Source of the DNA: the human T2T-CHM13v2.0 reference genome, Homo sapiens | Assembly (NCBI RefSeq): GCF_009914755.1 | Contig: NC_060938.1 | Reading direction: 5' to 3' (one strand) | DNA length: 64,000 nt | Shown here: positions 1 to 17,868 of the stretch, piece after piece | How the letters are laid out: each line of letters opens with the position of its first letter | Position numbering within the stretch: position 1 is the first letter of the stretch | The notes under the pieces: generated by a model | Told to the model about the DNA's origin: nothing | The model's database searches: none | Seen by the model: the letters and a program-made list of their open reading frames with translations, nothing else | Program-made: the position numbers and the translations under genes

Positions 1-805
1 ACCACTTGCTTCCCACATAACAATGTCGCCTCCATTTCCGAGGAACATCCTTGCGTAGAGAATGAAATATGCTGCAATCATTTCTGCATCCTTACTCCTC
101 ACCCCCAAAGAAAAAAAAAAGGCCTAGCAGGGAAGCAGCATGCAGGCTTCACAGCTTAATGCCAAGGACAGCGAGTGAGGCTGGGAGCTTCTCTTGGGCC
201 TGCTGGGTCTGTCAGCTCTCGGAATAGGGACAGTCCTTACTGGTGCCCCAAGGTGGGACTTGGAGAATATTTTGCTTGGCATATGTTTGGTCTGAATGGT
301 GTAGTTGCTGGTTCCCTAGAGAGGAAAAGGTGGCAGGCCCAGCTTTGCTGGGAAATGGCTCTTAATTTCCAGTTGAAACCCTAGTAGAATTGTGAATGAA
401 AACCTCAAGGTTGAGCCCCTCTGCCAAGCAGCAGAGCTAGTAGAAGGGGATGCAGGGGCAAAGCACTCAGTTGCCAAGCAAGGAGGAGAGATGTACGTGG
501 GCTGTGTGGCAGTCCCCACACCCTGCCCTGGCTTCTTCAGGTTATCGCACCACTATGGAATCCTTTGCAGAATGGTACTCATATAATGGTTTAAAACAAC
601 ACATTCATAATTGACTCTGTGCAGGATGTCACTCAATCAGTTTGGGTTTGCTTTATTTTATTTTATATATATATTTTTTGGTATCCTGTACATTGCAGTG
701 GGTGTGAAGATAGTATTTTAATATTTGTACAAAGTTTAATTTAATTTTAATTGTTCTATGTATATAACTGCATTTCTAAATAATTAAAAAAAAGTTCTTA
801 TGAAG
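1..805 (+). other. SUSD6: Distal 3' UTR / 3' end of upstream gene (probably SUSD6/KIAA0247)
   Basis: Repeat-free sequence ending in an AU/U-rich block with TGTA elements (688, 726, 759) and ATTAAA at 783-788. Gene identity is inferred only from known gene order upstream of SRSF5; no coding sequence is visible. Confidence 0.6.
783..788 (+). terminator. Poly(A) signal ATTAAA of upstream gene
   Basis: ATTAAA preceded by UGUA and U-rich elements. Confidence 0.55.
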
Positions 806-951
806 GCAATTCTGGGAGATGTGATCCTTCCTGAAAGTTTTTGCAGAAACCTTAGATTGAAAGAGCATATGTGGGCAGGAGGTCATGGAAGGATGAGGCA
901 CTAGCTCTGTAGGGAGGGTGCCTGGCAAGAGGTGGAGGAGCCAGGATGGAG

Positions 952-1535
952 AGCACTTTGGGAGGCCAAGGCAGTTGGATCACTTGAGACTAGGAGTTTG
1001 AGATCAGCCTGGCCAACATAGCAAAAGTCCATCTCTACTAAAAATACAAAAATTAGCTGGGCGCGGTGGTGCATGCTTGTAATCCCATCTACTTGGGAGG
1101 CTGAGGCCGGAGAATCGCTTGAACCCAGAAGACGGAGGTTGCAGCCAGCTGAGATTGCACCATTGTACTCCAGCCTGGGCGACAGAGCGAGACTGTCTCA
1201 AAAAATAAATAAATAAAGAAGTCTTGGCCAGGCGCGGTGGCTCACGCCTGTAATCCCAACACTTTGGGAGGCCGAGACAGGCGGACCACGAGGTCAGGAG
1301 ATGGAGACCATCCTGGCTAACACGGTGAAACCCTGTCTCTACTAAAAATACAGAAAAAAAAAAAAAAAAACCCCGGCATGGTGGCAGGTGCCTGTAGTCC
1401 CAGCTACTCAGGAGGCTGAGGCGGGAGAATGGCGTGAACCCAGGATGCGGAGCTTGCAGTGAGTCGAGATCGCACCACTGCACTCCAGCCTGGGCAACAG
1501 AGCAAGACTCTTGTCTCAAAAAAAAAAAAACAAAA
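952..1535 (+). mobile_element. Two tandem Alus (5'-truncated AluS 952-1216; AluY-like 1226-1535)
   Basis: Alu consensus motifs and A-rich tails. Confidence 0.9.
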
Positions 1536-2796
1536 CACAGGAGTCTTGACCACCAAATCTTCAGTATGGTGGGGTGCGGGTGCTTGGGCAAGGGAGGGAC
1601 AACAGCAAAGGGAGGTTCAAACCGGGCAGAAAGCCACCACAGCTTCAGTGTGGCAAGGAGCACATTTGAAATGAGCTCACAAAAGGAAGCCTTTGGATTA
1701 TATTCCTGGAAAGGGCAGATGTCTTGGAGCAGACGGGAAGAGAGAAGGAACTGTGGTGATGGCTCCCAAAACACCAAGGGTTTCAGGAAGAAGGCAGTGA
1801 GGTCCAAGTTAAAATAAGGGAAGCATTCTATTTATCTGGGGAAACTATGGCAACAGTAGGCATTGCCGGCAGTTCAGTGGGCAGGAGCAGTGAGGAGGGC
1901 AGGAACACAGGGAGAAATGGTGGGAATGCATTCAGGGAAGCCAAAAGCAAAAGATAGCTGGCAGCATGCCAGGATTCATGTTGATGCAAGCCAGCGTCTA
2001 CTGAGTGCTTCCGTATGTACCAGGCGCCCTTCTAGGCTCTTGGCCTGCAGTAACTCCAGATCTGGCAGCTGCACCAGGGGGTGGGCATTCTGATTAACCC
2101 TGACTTTGCAGGTGAAGAAACAGGCTCAAAATAGTGTAGCGAAGCTTTATTATAAAGTCACACAGCTCTGAAATGATGGAAATTGGGACTCAAACATGAT
2201 TGTCTCACAGCCCAGTGTCTTAATATCTGCCTCAAAGAACACTGCCCACAGCATGCAGGCTTCTTTATGTTGCAAGAACAGAAAACCCCACTGGCTTAAG
2301 CCACAATGCGCAGCTAATTCAACACCCAGCACCCCACTTCCAGGCTAATTCTACCAAGACCTGGCTTGAATGACATCATTTTCTTTCTCAGAAACTCTTC
2401 ATGAGTCTTGCTTTATTGTTTAGAGCAGGAAAGAAAATAAACCACAAACCCTCAGTAGTCATTTGTTTCAAATGCCCAGTTTTACAGACGAGGGCACTGA
2501 TGTGCATGGCTGTACTCTGATTTGATCAAGACCACATGGCTAGTTGGTGGCAGAGCTGGGCTGAAATTCTAAGCCCCTAGTCCAGGTCCAGTGTGTGTCC
2601 CTGTCCCACCATCTTCAGCAAGTCCACTCTCTTCTGCTTGGCTTTGGAGCCCAGCCCCATCCTGTTCTCCAACACAACTTCCCTCTGCATCCTGAACACC
2701 TATGACTCACTGCGCTAGAGTCACCGTGGCTCCCTTGGCCCTGAATGCTGCTCCTGGAGAGGTTGGAAGGAAGAGCGACACCTGAGGACAAACTCC

Positions 2797-3466
<670 letters not shown>

Positions 3467-4279
3467 CCTCCTGAGGCAGCCTAGGTGTCTGGGGGAAGTT
3501 CTGAGAAGCTCTTCACTCCTTTCCTAGTTCCTTCAGATCAGGGCTGGGCAGGAGGCAAGGAAAAGAGCCCCAGTATGAATAGGGAATACTTCCCAGAGTT
3601 CAAGACCTGGGGCAGCACTTTATTTTCCTTCCTGTCTTGATCTCAACCTGAGGCTGTGGCCCATCTGCAGCCTAGACTATGGAGAGGAGACTAGGGAAGG
3701 AAGAGAGCTGCCTTGTTTATCACCTGCTTCCACCTCACTGGGTGACAGGCGGCCTCTTTCCCCTGCATTGGAAGTGGCAGGAGAGGAGGGAGCTCAGAGG
3801 CAAGGGTAGTGAGACTCTGGCTGGCCAGAGGCACTGCTGCTGAATCCCCCACTCTGGTAGTGGGAAGGCCCGGCTGAAAGGAGACTCCTTCTTTTCTCCA
3901 CAGGCCTTGGAATGAGAAGAAGGGATCACAGGGAGATTCTGAGTGGCCCAGTCCATGGTAGAAGCTGGCTGGTCTGCCTTCCCAGCAGCGGCCCAGGGTG
4001 GGGGAAATGGCACTGTCCCAACCTTGCCCACTCAAGTGATCCCAGAAGCCAAGCTGCATACAGAGTGGGTCTCACGGTCTGTCTTCAAGATGAGAGGCGA
4101 CAGCAGCAAATGCAGTTGTGCCCCAATAGGGACTTTGGTCTGGTGGGGAGCACGTGGGGGAGTGTTGGCTCCACAGGACATTTACCACACAGCTTCCCTT
4201 TCCCCAACCTTCCGTGATGTTTGCTGAGCACCTAATAGGTTCCCGGGACTGGGTAAGGTGCTTTAAAGATACTATTTTA

Positions 4280-4583
<304 letters not shown>

Positions 4584-6152
4584 GAGACAGAGAGAGAGAG
4601 GTGTTATTTTAATCAATCAACTCAGCCAGTCTTGCAAGGCAGATGTCATTACCCTTTTTACAGGTGAGGACAGTAAGGCTCAGAGAGATTCAAGTACAGT
4701 CCAAGACCACATAGGTCATGCATCCTCAGCTGAGTTGCGGTTTGAATTCAGGTGTGCCACTCCTGGCCTCTTCACCTCACGCTGCTCACTTGCTCACCTC
4801 TTCTACTCCCCAGCTTTTCTCCCTGGGTTCTTGATCACCTGACCCCTTCACACCTACTATCCTGCCCAAGAATCCCTCTCAGCAATGTCCAAAACCAGGA
4901 CACCAAGCCATTTAGCAAAATGCAGTCCCAGATGCTCAGCAGTCTCAGCAGTCAGGATGGGTTCTGGGTCCCTGGAAAGATCAGGCAAGGCCAGGAGACC
5001 CAGGCAGCCCCTGTCTCCTCCCTGGGCCTTGCTTCTGAAAGGTGAGGAGAATGCTCTGTATTCTCAGGTCTTCCCACTTCTCCTTGGGACTAGAGCTGGG
5101 GGCACTTGCCAGGCTTTTCTCTTTCTGTTACTGAAAAGGGAATTTCATCAGCTGTGAACCTGGGGTGAGACATGACACATTCCCAAGTTGAGCCTAGGTT
5201 CATCCTCCAAGCTGCCTGGTGATGAAGGAGCATTACCGGGCTTGGGGACCATCCAATCCCACACCCAAGAGGCAAACAGCTGCTCGGCATTTCCTGTGAC
5301 GCTCCAGTGCCCCTAGAAAAGGAAATTTCACAAGCTAGGAATGTCCTGAGCAGGCTGTCTGGGACAGTATACACTGTTCTGAACCTGGGGGAGTAGATGA
5401 TTCTATGGTTCTTCCTGCAGAGGTTTTGGCAAGCATGGACTTCCCCATAGCAGAGTTTTCTGTGGGAGTAAGTAGCCCTGCCTGCAGCAAAGGCAGCCTA
5501 TTGCAGATGAAGCGTGTCAGCAGGGCTCAGCGTCTGAAGGGACTGGGGTATGCGACAAGACTATGGCTCAACACAAATGCACCCAGCGTGGGGGCTGCCC
5601 TGGCTTCTGGGGTTGGCCTCTTGAGGGCCTTGAGCAGCTGGGGTCCAGAGACTTTTAGGGACTTTTGGTGCTGTAGCCTCTCTCTGGGACGGCCATTCCC
5701 CATTCCTGCTGCAATCCTCATTCACTGACTTGTTTGCTAATTCATTCAACAAACTTTTATTTATTTATTCATTCATTTTGAGGACTTTACACAAAGCCTA
5801 GTGTTAGGTTCTAGGAACATAGTGATGAACAAGAGCCAGTCTTTGCCCTTAAAGAGTTTGTAGACCAATAGGGGAGAAAGAGATTAAACAGCTATCTAAA
5901 ACTTAAGGCACAACTTAAAATTGAAAGAAACAAAGAAGCAAAAAACAAACCTATAATGATACACCCTGAAAAGTGCTTGGTAGTGATGAGAAAGGAGCTA
6001 ATTTCTTTAGGGTATGAACAAAGATTCCCCGGAAAGGTGCCACTCGCATTGGGTCTAAATTGTTGTGTTTCGATATTATTCGTAGAGAAGTAAGTAAATG
6101 AGGGGCTGTGGGATGGGAAGAAGAGGACTTTTCAGGCTGTAGAGACCCATAG

Positions 6153-6470
<318 letters not shown>

Positions 6471-7206
6471 AAGTGTACCAACATCTAAAACATGAACCAC
6501 ATGAAACTGTCATTTTTGCAGGTTGAAAAAAAGTTCAGATATGGGCAATTTTAACCTAACATATAATTGTCTTAAGATCTGCTCAAATTAGGGATGCCTT
6601 TCTTCTCTGAGTTAGACTGCTACATTTTAATTATTTTAATCACAAGAAGGAAATTCCAGGACACCCAAAGTGTCCAAAGTCTTCTTGTCCTGGAGCCTAT
6701 GCCCCACAATAACAGAGCACTGAGCATAGCTGACTCTTTGGTTACCATGAGCCAGCTCCTGCCGGCTGACTGCAGGAGGCGTTTTGAGAAATCACATGAG
6801 CCGTTCAAGTCTCCAGGACAGCACCAATGCACTTGTTCTTCCAGGTGGACAACAGAAGGACACCCACAACTCATAACTAAGTTCCTGCCAGCAACAGCCA
6901 GGCAGCTATTCCAATGCAGACGTGTTTTGACCCTTTTTATTGTTTTCCATAGGGCAGAAAATGAGAGACAGAAGTTACACCCATTTACAACATTCTCTCC
7001 TTGTTAACTTTTTCTATTTTTTATTAGAAACATTCAAAAAACGTGCTATTTTATGATAAGAGTAATACATATTAAAACATCAGAAATAATATTTTTTCAC
7101 CTCAGGTTGGGAAAAGAAAAGGCTTAAAGGTATCTAGTAGGAGTGTAAATTGGTACATTGTCTATGGAGGGCAATTCGGCCCACAACCATCAAAATTACA
7201 ACATAG

Positions 7207-7527
<321 letters not shown>

Positions 7528-7852
7528 TTACTGAACTCATTCAGTCCTAAAGACAGTAAGTGAGGGCACACAAGAGAGTTACACATTCAGAAAGAGGGAA
7601 CGACCCCAACCAAAACAAACAGAATGAACCCTACAATGCCAGATTGGAATTGGAGATATTGATGTGAACTTGTGGTTTTCTATATACATAATTGATATAT
7701 AAATAAATATAGAAGTATTGTGGGTTTGCTGTTATACACACAGTCACACTCATGCACACACACAGAGAAATTCCCCAGCTCTTCCCAGAGGACTTGTTAG
7801 CAGTGATACCCCAACAGCAGTGAGTATACCTGTCATTCAGATCTTTGCTTTA

Positions 7853-8177
<325 letters not shown>

Positions 8178-9049
8178 TTAATTAATTAATTAATATTGTC
8201 TGTGAAAAGGACCCAGGCTCCTTGGAGAAATGGCTGATTCCAGAGCTGAGGCAGGAAGACTGCGAGATGAGCCTGGAACATATTGTATCAGGAAGCAAGA
8301 AAGTGCTCAAAGAATGATAGGGACATGCCCGAAAGACTCCCACTGAAGGGGCTTCTACTGGCCACATCAGGGACATTTTGAGCATCAGAATAAATAATGA
8401 TTATAATGGATTATAATCCATAGAATAAAACAAAACCATGAATCTATAGAGATAAATTTTACAGTGGAGACGCCCAGCAGACATTGCTTTCATCAGTGGG
8501 ACAAATCAAAATCGTGTACCACCTGACAGGAGGCACCAAGTGAACACAGCATCACTTCCATGATATTCCTACAGAATGCAACCTACGCTAATAATGGAAA
8601 AGAAAATGAGACAGACCCAAAGTGAGTGATAATTCACAAAATAACTGGCCTGTAATCTTGAAAATGTCAAGGTCATGAAAATCAAGGGAAAATCTGAGGA
8701 ACTGTTGCAGACTGAAGGAGACTAAAAGACATGAATAAAAAGAAATTAACATATGATTCTGAACTGTGTCCTTTTGCCATGAAAGATGTTAGTGGGGCAA
8801 AACTCAAACAGGGTCTGAGGATTCAATGGTAGTAATGTCTCAGTGTTAACTTCTTGATTTGACAGTTGTGGTTATGCGGGAGAATATCCTTGCCAGTGGG
8901 AAACACACATTAAAGTATTGGGAGGGGATTGGGAAAAGTATTCTCAAATGCTTCAGGAAATGATCTGTAAATTTGTGATTGTTTCTAAACAACATTATGT
9001 AGATAATGCACTCTTTGCAATGATATGAAATTCTTTCACCCTGGAAATT

Positions 9050-9503
9050 GTATGACTTAGTTTGTTCCTGTTGCTATAACCCAATACCTTAGACTAAGTA
9101 ATTTATAAACAATAGAAAGTTATCACTTGAACCTGGGAGGTAGAGGTTGCAGTGAGCTGGGAAGGCTGGAGGCTGGGAAGTCAAAGGGCAGGGAACCTGC
9201 AGATTTGGTGTCTGGTGAGGGCTGCTCTCTGCTTCCAAGATGGCACTTTCTGGCTGCATCCTCTCATGGTGGAAGGGCGAAAGGGATGATTCCTACATCC
9301 TCACATGGGAGAAGAGATGGAAGGGCCTAAAGAGGCCTGGCTACTGCCCTCCAGCACTTCATAAGGGCATGAATCCCATTCTCCAGGGTGGAACCCTCAT
9401 GACCTAATCACCTTCCAAAGGCCTCACCTTTTAATACCATCAACTTGGGGTTTAAGTTCCACCATATAAATTTTGGAGGGAGGCACACATTCAAACCATA
9501 GCA
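9050..9503 (-). mobile_element. MaLR LTR (MLT1A/MST-like)
   Basis: TTAGTTTGTTCCTGTTGCTATAAC...ACATTCAAACCATAGCA, typical MaLR termini. Confidence 0.65.
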
Positions 9504-10032
9504 TTCTACTTGCAGGAATTTTTCCTAGAGATATCTTTGCTCATGTGTATATAAGTTACTCAATGCAGTGGTTTAATAAAGCAAAGATTTGAAAAAAACC
9601 TAAATAATCACCAACATGGGCTGGTTAAATACATATGATATATCCAAACATAAAATGCATACAAAAAAAAAAGAATAATACAGCCTGGCACCAATCTGCA
9701 GAATACATTGTATGAAAAAGGCCAAGTATGGAGGAATAGAAGAAATAGGCCAAGTATAGAATAGGCCAAGTATAGAGATGCAATCATTTGTGTACAAAAA
9801 GAGATAAACAGTGTCAATGTGCTTGCTTTTGTATGCACAGAGGATCTCTGTAAATACACCCCAGACATTGAGACCACTGGGTGACTCTGGAGAGAGGTTC
9901 TGGTGCTTGGGAGAGTGACATGGGAGGAAGAATCTTCTACACCCTTCTGTACTTCAGAATTTTGAAGCAAGTGCATGTATTACCTGTTTAATAAATTAAT
10001 TAAACTAAAATTATATATTAAAAAGTGAAATG

Positions 10033-10330
<298 letters not shown>

Positions 10331-10548
10331 ATGGCATGCTACCTAGACACAGAAGGAATAGAAGGAATAAATTAACAAGAAATTTTAAAAATTTATCTGA
10401 TCTCTTGTTACAAATTAGTAATCTGCCTTCTGGGACAGGTCGCACAGCTCCCTGCAGGGCCTTGCTTAAGAACAATAAACAATTCTCATTGCCTGCTATT
10501 TTCATCTACTCAACCCGGAAAAATAAAATTATTTGTTGGGACTTTCAG

Positions 10549-10972
10549 TATTATGGATGGAATTGTGCCCCCTTCCCCCTGTTCATATGTTGGAGTGTTG
10601 AAATCCTAACTCTCAGTCCCTCAGAATGTGATCATATTTGGAGATAGGGTCTTTAAAGAGGGAATTAAGTTAAAATAAGGTCACTATGATGGCCCTAATG
10701 CAATATAACTGGTGTCCCTACAAGAAGAGGAAATGGAAGAAGATGTGAAGACACAGGGAGAAGACAGCCTTGTATAAGCCAAGGAGAGTTTTGGAACAGA
10801 TTTTGCCCTCACAGGCCTGGGGATGAACCAAACTTGATGACATCCTGATATTGGACTTCCAGCCTCCAGAATCTAAGAACATAAACGTTTGTTGTTTAAA
10901 CGATAGTCTATGGACTGTTCAGGCTGCCCGGTCTATGGAAGATTGTAAAGGCAGCCCTAGCAAACCCATACA
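10549..10972 (+). mobile_element. MaLR LTR (MLT1B/C-like)
   Basis: TATTATGGATGGAATTGTGCCCC...TTTGGAGATAGGGTCTTTAAAGAG...GCAGCCCTAGCAAAC. Confidence 0.65.
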
Positions 10973-11030
10973 TTCAGTCTCAGAAGTGGGAGCTGGACCA
11001 GGGCTTCTTCCCACAACAAGAACCCATCCA

Positions 11031-11383
<353 letters not shown>

Positions 11384-12409
11384 CTAGTGAGAAAGGGAAG
11401 AAAACACCCAGCCAGTGGGGCAGGACTTTGAATGCCATACTAAGGATATGGATGTGATTCCATAGGCAAATGGGAGCCGTTGAAGGATACTGAAGAGAAG
11501 AATGGTGTGCTGTCAGTGTAACATAACGGGAAAGAACTTGATGGACAATGGATTGGAGTGGACACTAACTGGAAAGACCACTGTAGGCATCTGGTAAAAG
11601 ATGTTCATTAGCCCTCAGATGATGAGAGCACAAGGTGGGCTTGACTTAGCTAGGAAGAGTTGACAGAATTGCTCATGTATTTGGGAAAATCATTCAGGCG
11701 AAGGGGTCTTGAGCTTTGTGGCGGACTGCATGGAAAGGAATGAGAAACAGACAAAGGAGTCAAAAAGTCTGCTTATGTCTATGCATAGCAAGGAGAAGAA
11801 AGGCGGGAAGGACAGAGGAATGAACAAATTGCTTTGATTTGGAAAAGAGTGTGCAGGGAACCTGTGCAGAGGGCTGGGACACATGGGTCTGTGGACTGTG
11901 ACCAGGATGCGGAGCAGGGTCCATCACACTTGTTCAGAGGGGAGGACCAAAGCCTGTTTCAGGAAATTGCTTCTGGGGTGAAATGGAAGTGGTGTGTCTC
12001 CCACAGGAAGATGTAAGGGAACTTGAAGGACCAGAGTATAGCCCACCTGTGAGAGGCAGTAATTTAAAACCCTCTCATTTTTCTCCATGGCCAGATCTTG
12101 GAGGCACCATGCCCACGGCTCTGCCAGGTCTGTTGCAGGCCTAGTTTTTCATTCCTGGGATGGAGTATGGAGGCTGCGGTGGGAGGATCACCTGAGCCCA
12201 GGAGATCGAGGCTGCAGAGAGCAGTGTTTGCGCCACTGCACTCCAGCCTAGGCGCCAGAGTGACACCCTGTCTCAAAACAAGCAAACAAAAAACCAAAAC
12301 AAAACTAATGATGCAAAATTTTAAAATTGAAAAAAAAAGAAGAAAATACAGGGTCCACGAAGAGGAGTGGATCCACCCCGTCTTCTTTCCCTGCTGCCAT
12401 GCCCTTTGG

Positions 12410-12910
12410 CAGGCAGCCGTCCCCACGCCCGGAAAGCCCCAGCTTCGGCTCAGCCCACAGCACAAGGGCATATCCTTCTGCCTGCGCAGGCCAGGGTGCT
12501 CGACGCCCTCGCGGTCCGCGTGCGCGCCCCCACGCAGGCTCAGCAGCGCCCGGGCCTGCAGCAGAGGCCGGAGGAAGCGCCACGGGCGGCTCAGACCTGA
12601 GGCCGCAAGGGCGCGCCGGGCGGGCAGGGCAGAGGGTCCGATTTCCTCCCTCTGAACGGAAAAAAAGCCACTTTCCCTGGGAAGAACTCGAAGAAGTTGG
12701 ATGTCTGATCTTCACCTTGGATTTGTGGTCTCGGCCCGCGGGCGACTCACCCCACCCACCAGGATCCCACGAAGCCGGGCCGGCTCAGCCCGCTGGCGCC
12801 ATCTAGTGTCGAATGAGGAGGCGGCCCTCTGCGGCTGGAGGGGACGCTTGGGCGTGTGGTGAGTTAGCTTCCAGGTTATGCAAAGCGGGGGTCAGCGGAG
12901 AGTCGGGGGT
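12410..12910. promoter_or_regulatory. CpG island / promoter-like element with NRF1-like GCGTGCGCG, CTCF motif and + strand splice donor (12858|12859)
   Basis: Dense CpG, high GC, non-repetitive; GTG|GTGAGT donor. Confidence 0.75.
12794..12811 (-). promoter_or_regulatory. CTCF binding motif
   Basis: Minus strand CGACACTAGATGGCGCCA matches the CTCF core (CCACTAGATGGCGC type). Confidence 0.7.
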
Positions 12911-12984
12911 GTGACAGCCAGGGCCTCCAGCGGGTAGGGGATGCGACCTAGGAGTCTATGAGAAACTGACTCCTGCTTGGACTC

Positions 12985-13368
12985 TGTATTCTGTTTCCTA
13001 GAGCTGCCGTAACAAATTACCACTAACTGGGTGGCTTAAGGCAGCAGAGGTGTCTTCTCTCACAGTTCTGGAGGCCAGAAGTCTGAAATCAAGGCGTGGG
13101 CAGGGCCGTGCCCCCTCCGCAGGCTCTAGAGAGAGTCTTTCCTGGCCTCTTTCTAGCTTTTGGCGGCTGCCCGCACTTCTTGTTGTGGGTTTGCTTACAG
13201 ATGCCTCACTCCAGTCTCTGTCTTCCTGTACGTCCAGGCCCACATCTCCCTCCTATAAGAACACGGGTTATAGGATTAGAGCCCACCCAATCCAGTAGGA
13301 TTCATCTTAACCTGATCACATCCTATTTCCACATAAGATCACATTCACAGGAACCAGAGGTTAGGACA
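12985..13368 (-). mobile_element. MaLR LTR (MLT1B/C-like)
   Basis: GCTGCCGTAACAAATTACCAC...CTCACAGTTCTGGAGGCCAGAAGTCTGAAATCAAGG. Confidence 0.7.
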
Positions 13369-14164
13369 CCCTCCAAAGAATCTTTCCGCTCAACAGATGT
13401 CCTTCGAGCACCTGTAAGGCGCCAGGCTGGTGCTGAGGGCTGGGCACATGGAGCTGCTCTGTCCTTGAGGTTCTCACGACTGGCACTAATAGTGTCATTA
13501 CCGATCTCTGTCACCCTTCAACCTTGACTCCTCAGTGCCTAGCAGGGCCGGCCCAGAGGCCCTGTATTTCATTGAATTAGGAAGGAAGGATGGAGGAAGG
13601 GCAGGAGAGAGGAAAGAAGGGCCGCAGGAATGATGCAGGGAGACCACGCAGCGGGGAAGGGGGTGCAGAGCAGTTGGCTAGTGCTTTACAGAGCAAGTGC
13701 TGTTGGAGCTGGGTCTTGAACCAATAGTAGTTTGGTTGCCAGGCAGAAGAGATGGGCCAGGGGGAGAGGCCTTCTAGGCAGAGCTAACAGGTGGGCAATG
13801 CCCAGTTGTGAGTGGGGCCGTGAGGTTGGGGAGTTTGGGAGCCAGGTGTGGTTGGAAGGGAGGGTGTGGGGGAAAGGTGCTGTCAAATGGTCCAGACCTG
13901 GAGACTGTGGCTCTATGGTGAAGGGCTTCGAGAGCCATTCTCTTGGTTTGAAGTATCTTGTAGGTGGGCAACCGAGAAGGTTTTAAAGCATGTGCTAGGT
14001 GTCATAATTACCAGGGGTGGAGACGGTGCAACAGGCAGAGACCCATGAAACAGAGGTCCATAGAATATCCTACCTTATAAATAAAAATTATTATTATTTT
14101 TTGAGACAGTGTAGAACTGTGATCTGATCTGATACGTTCTGTCCTTTAATATCTGAGTTAAATA

Positions 14165-14943
<779 letters not shown>

Positions 14944-15134
14944 AATATGTTTATCTTTCTTATAGTTATGAATACATTTGGATCTACCATTTTATTTTGT
15001 ATGAGCTCTTTATTTTCTTCTTTTTACTTTTTCCTATCTTCTTTTGGATTAAAAATGTTATCAATTTTCTACAATTTCTATTTTTCCATTGGACGAAATC
15101 CGTAAGATTGTATTTTGATTCTTTTGGAAGTCAA

Positions 15135-16386
<1,252 letters not shown>

Positions 16387-17244
16387 TCACCCAGCTTTTT
16401 CTTAAAAAAATTGAAGTTATTCATTATTTCTCTCCTCCTCCAAAATTTATAGGCATTGGCCTGTCTGTCCTGAAATTTTAAAAAATTTGACTTTTGTTAT
16501 AAATTTCTAATTATATTGCATTATTATCAAATAATATAGTCTGAATAATAAGGATCCTTTGGAATTTGTAAAGGCTTCCATTATAGCTTACCAAATTGTT
16601 TTAAATGTTGAATATCTCAAAAAGAATGCATATTCTTTATCCCCAAGTATAAAGTGCTATATAGAGCTAATAGCTCAATCTTATTAAGTATATTGCCCCT
16701 ATTTTTAACACCTCTGCTTGACCATAGAAGAGTCTGGTAATATTTCAAACTACAATTGTTGACTTACCTATTTCTCCCTGAAGTTTGTCAGTTGTTGCTT
16801 GCCCTATGCTCCTATCATAAACATGTGCCAAATGGATTTTTCATGTCTTTCTTTCGTTTTCATGCCAAGCTCTGTTCTTATTTGCTCCATTTGAATGGTT
16901 TGATGCTCAGGCACATGGTCCTCTTCCAAATTAAAATCAAAATGCTGGTGAAGGTTAGAAACAGATTTGGGTTCATAAAATGGTCAGGCACTGAAAAGGG
17001 ATCTGGTAGTGAAGGACGGCCCTTGTTTCAGAATACGGGGAGAGCTTTCTGACATCTGTGGCCTCGTCCACTCACTGGAGTAGATAAAAACTGCAGATAC
17101 TGCAACTCTTTCACCAGGTGGTGCAGTAAGCACACAGTTTGGAGTTCAGTCTACCCAACTACCTGGACAAGAACACAAGATTCCAGTAAGAAAAAGAAGG
17201 AATGGGGGGTTTTCAATGAAAGATGAGAGGTCCATAGCCAATAC

Positions 17245-17246
<2 letters not shown>

Positions 17247-17295
<49 letters not shown>
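17247..17295. repeat. (TG)n microsatellite
   Basis: ~24 perfect TG units. Confidence 0.95.
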
Positions 17296-17297
<2 letters not shown>

Positions 17298-17336
17298 CAG
17301 GACCAGAACCTTATAACAGCAGAATGTGAGATCTGA

Positions 17337-17668
<332 letters not shown>

Positions 17669-17727
17669 GACTTGCTTGTTTTTACAGAGATAATCAATCC
17701 AGAGTGATGAAACAGACAAATGCTTTG

Positions 17728-17868
17728 GTCCATCCATCCATCCATCTATCCATCCATCCACCCATCCATCCATCCATCCACCCATCCATCCATCCATCCA
17801 TCCATCCATCCATCCATCCACCCATCCATCCATCCATCCATCCACCCATCCATCCATCCATCCATCCA
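17728..17868. repeat. (CCAT)n tetranucleotide repeat
   Basis: ~35 CCAT/CCAC units. Confidence 0.95.

Noticed and set aside
1004-1807. 267-aa minus-strand ORF, the longest in the track
   Set aside because: Mostly antisense translation of two tandem Alus (typical [14 protein letters not shown] peptides) with a non-ATG start. The same applies to the dozens of other Alu-derived ORFs.
12064-12806. Several overlapping 77-185-aa ORFs
   Set aside because: Stop-poor GC-rich CpG island plus a partial Alu; open on both strands with no recognisable domain
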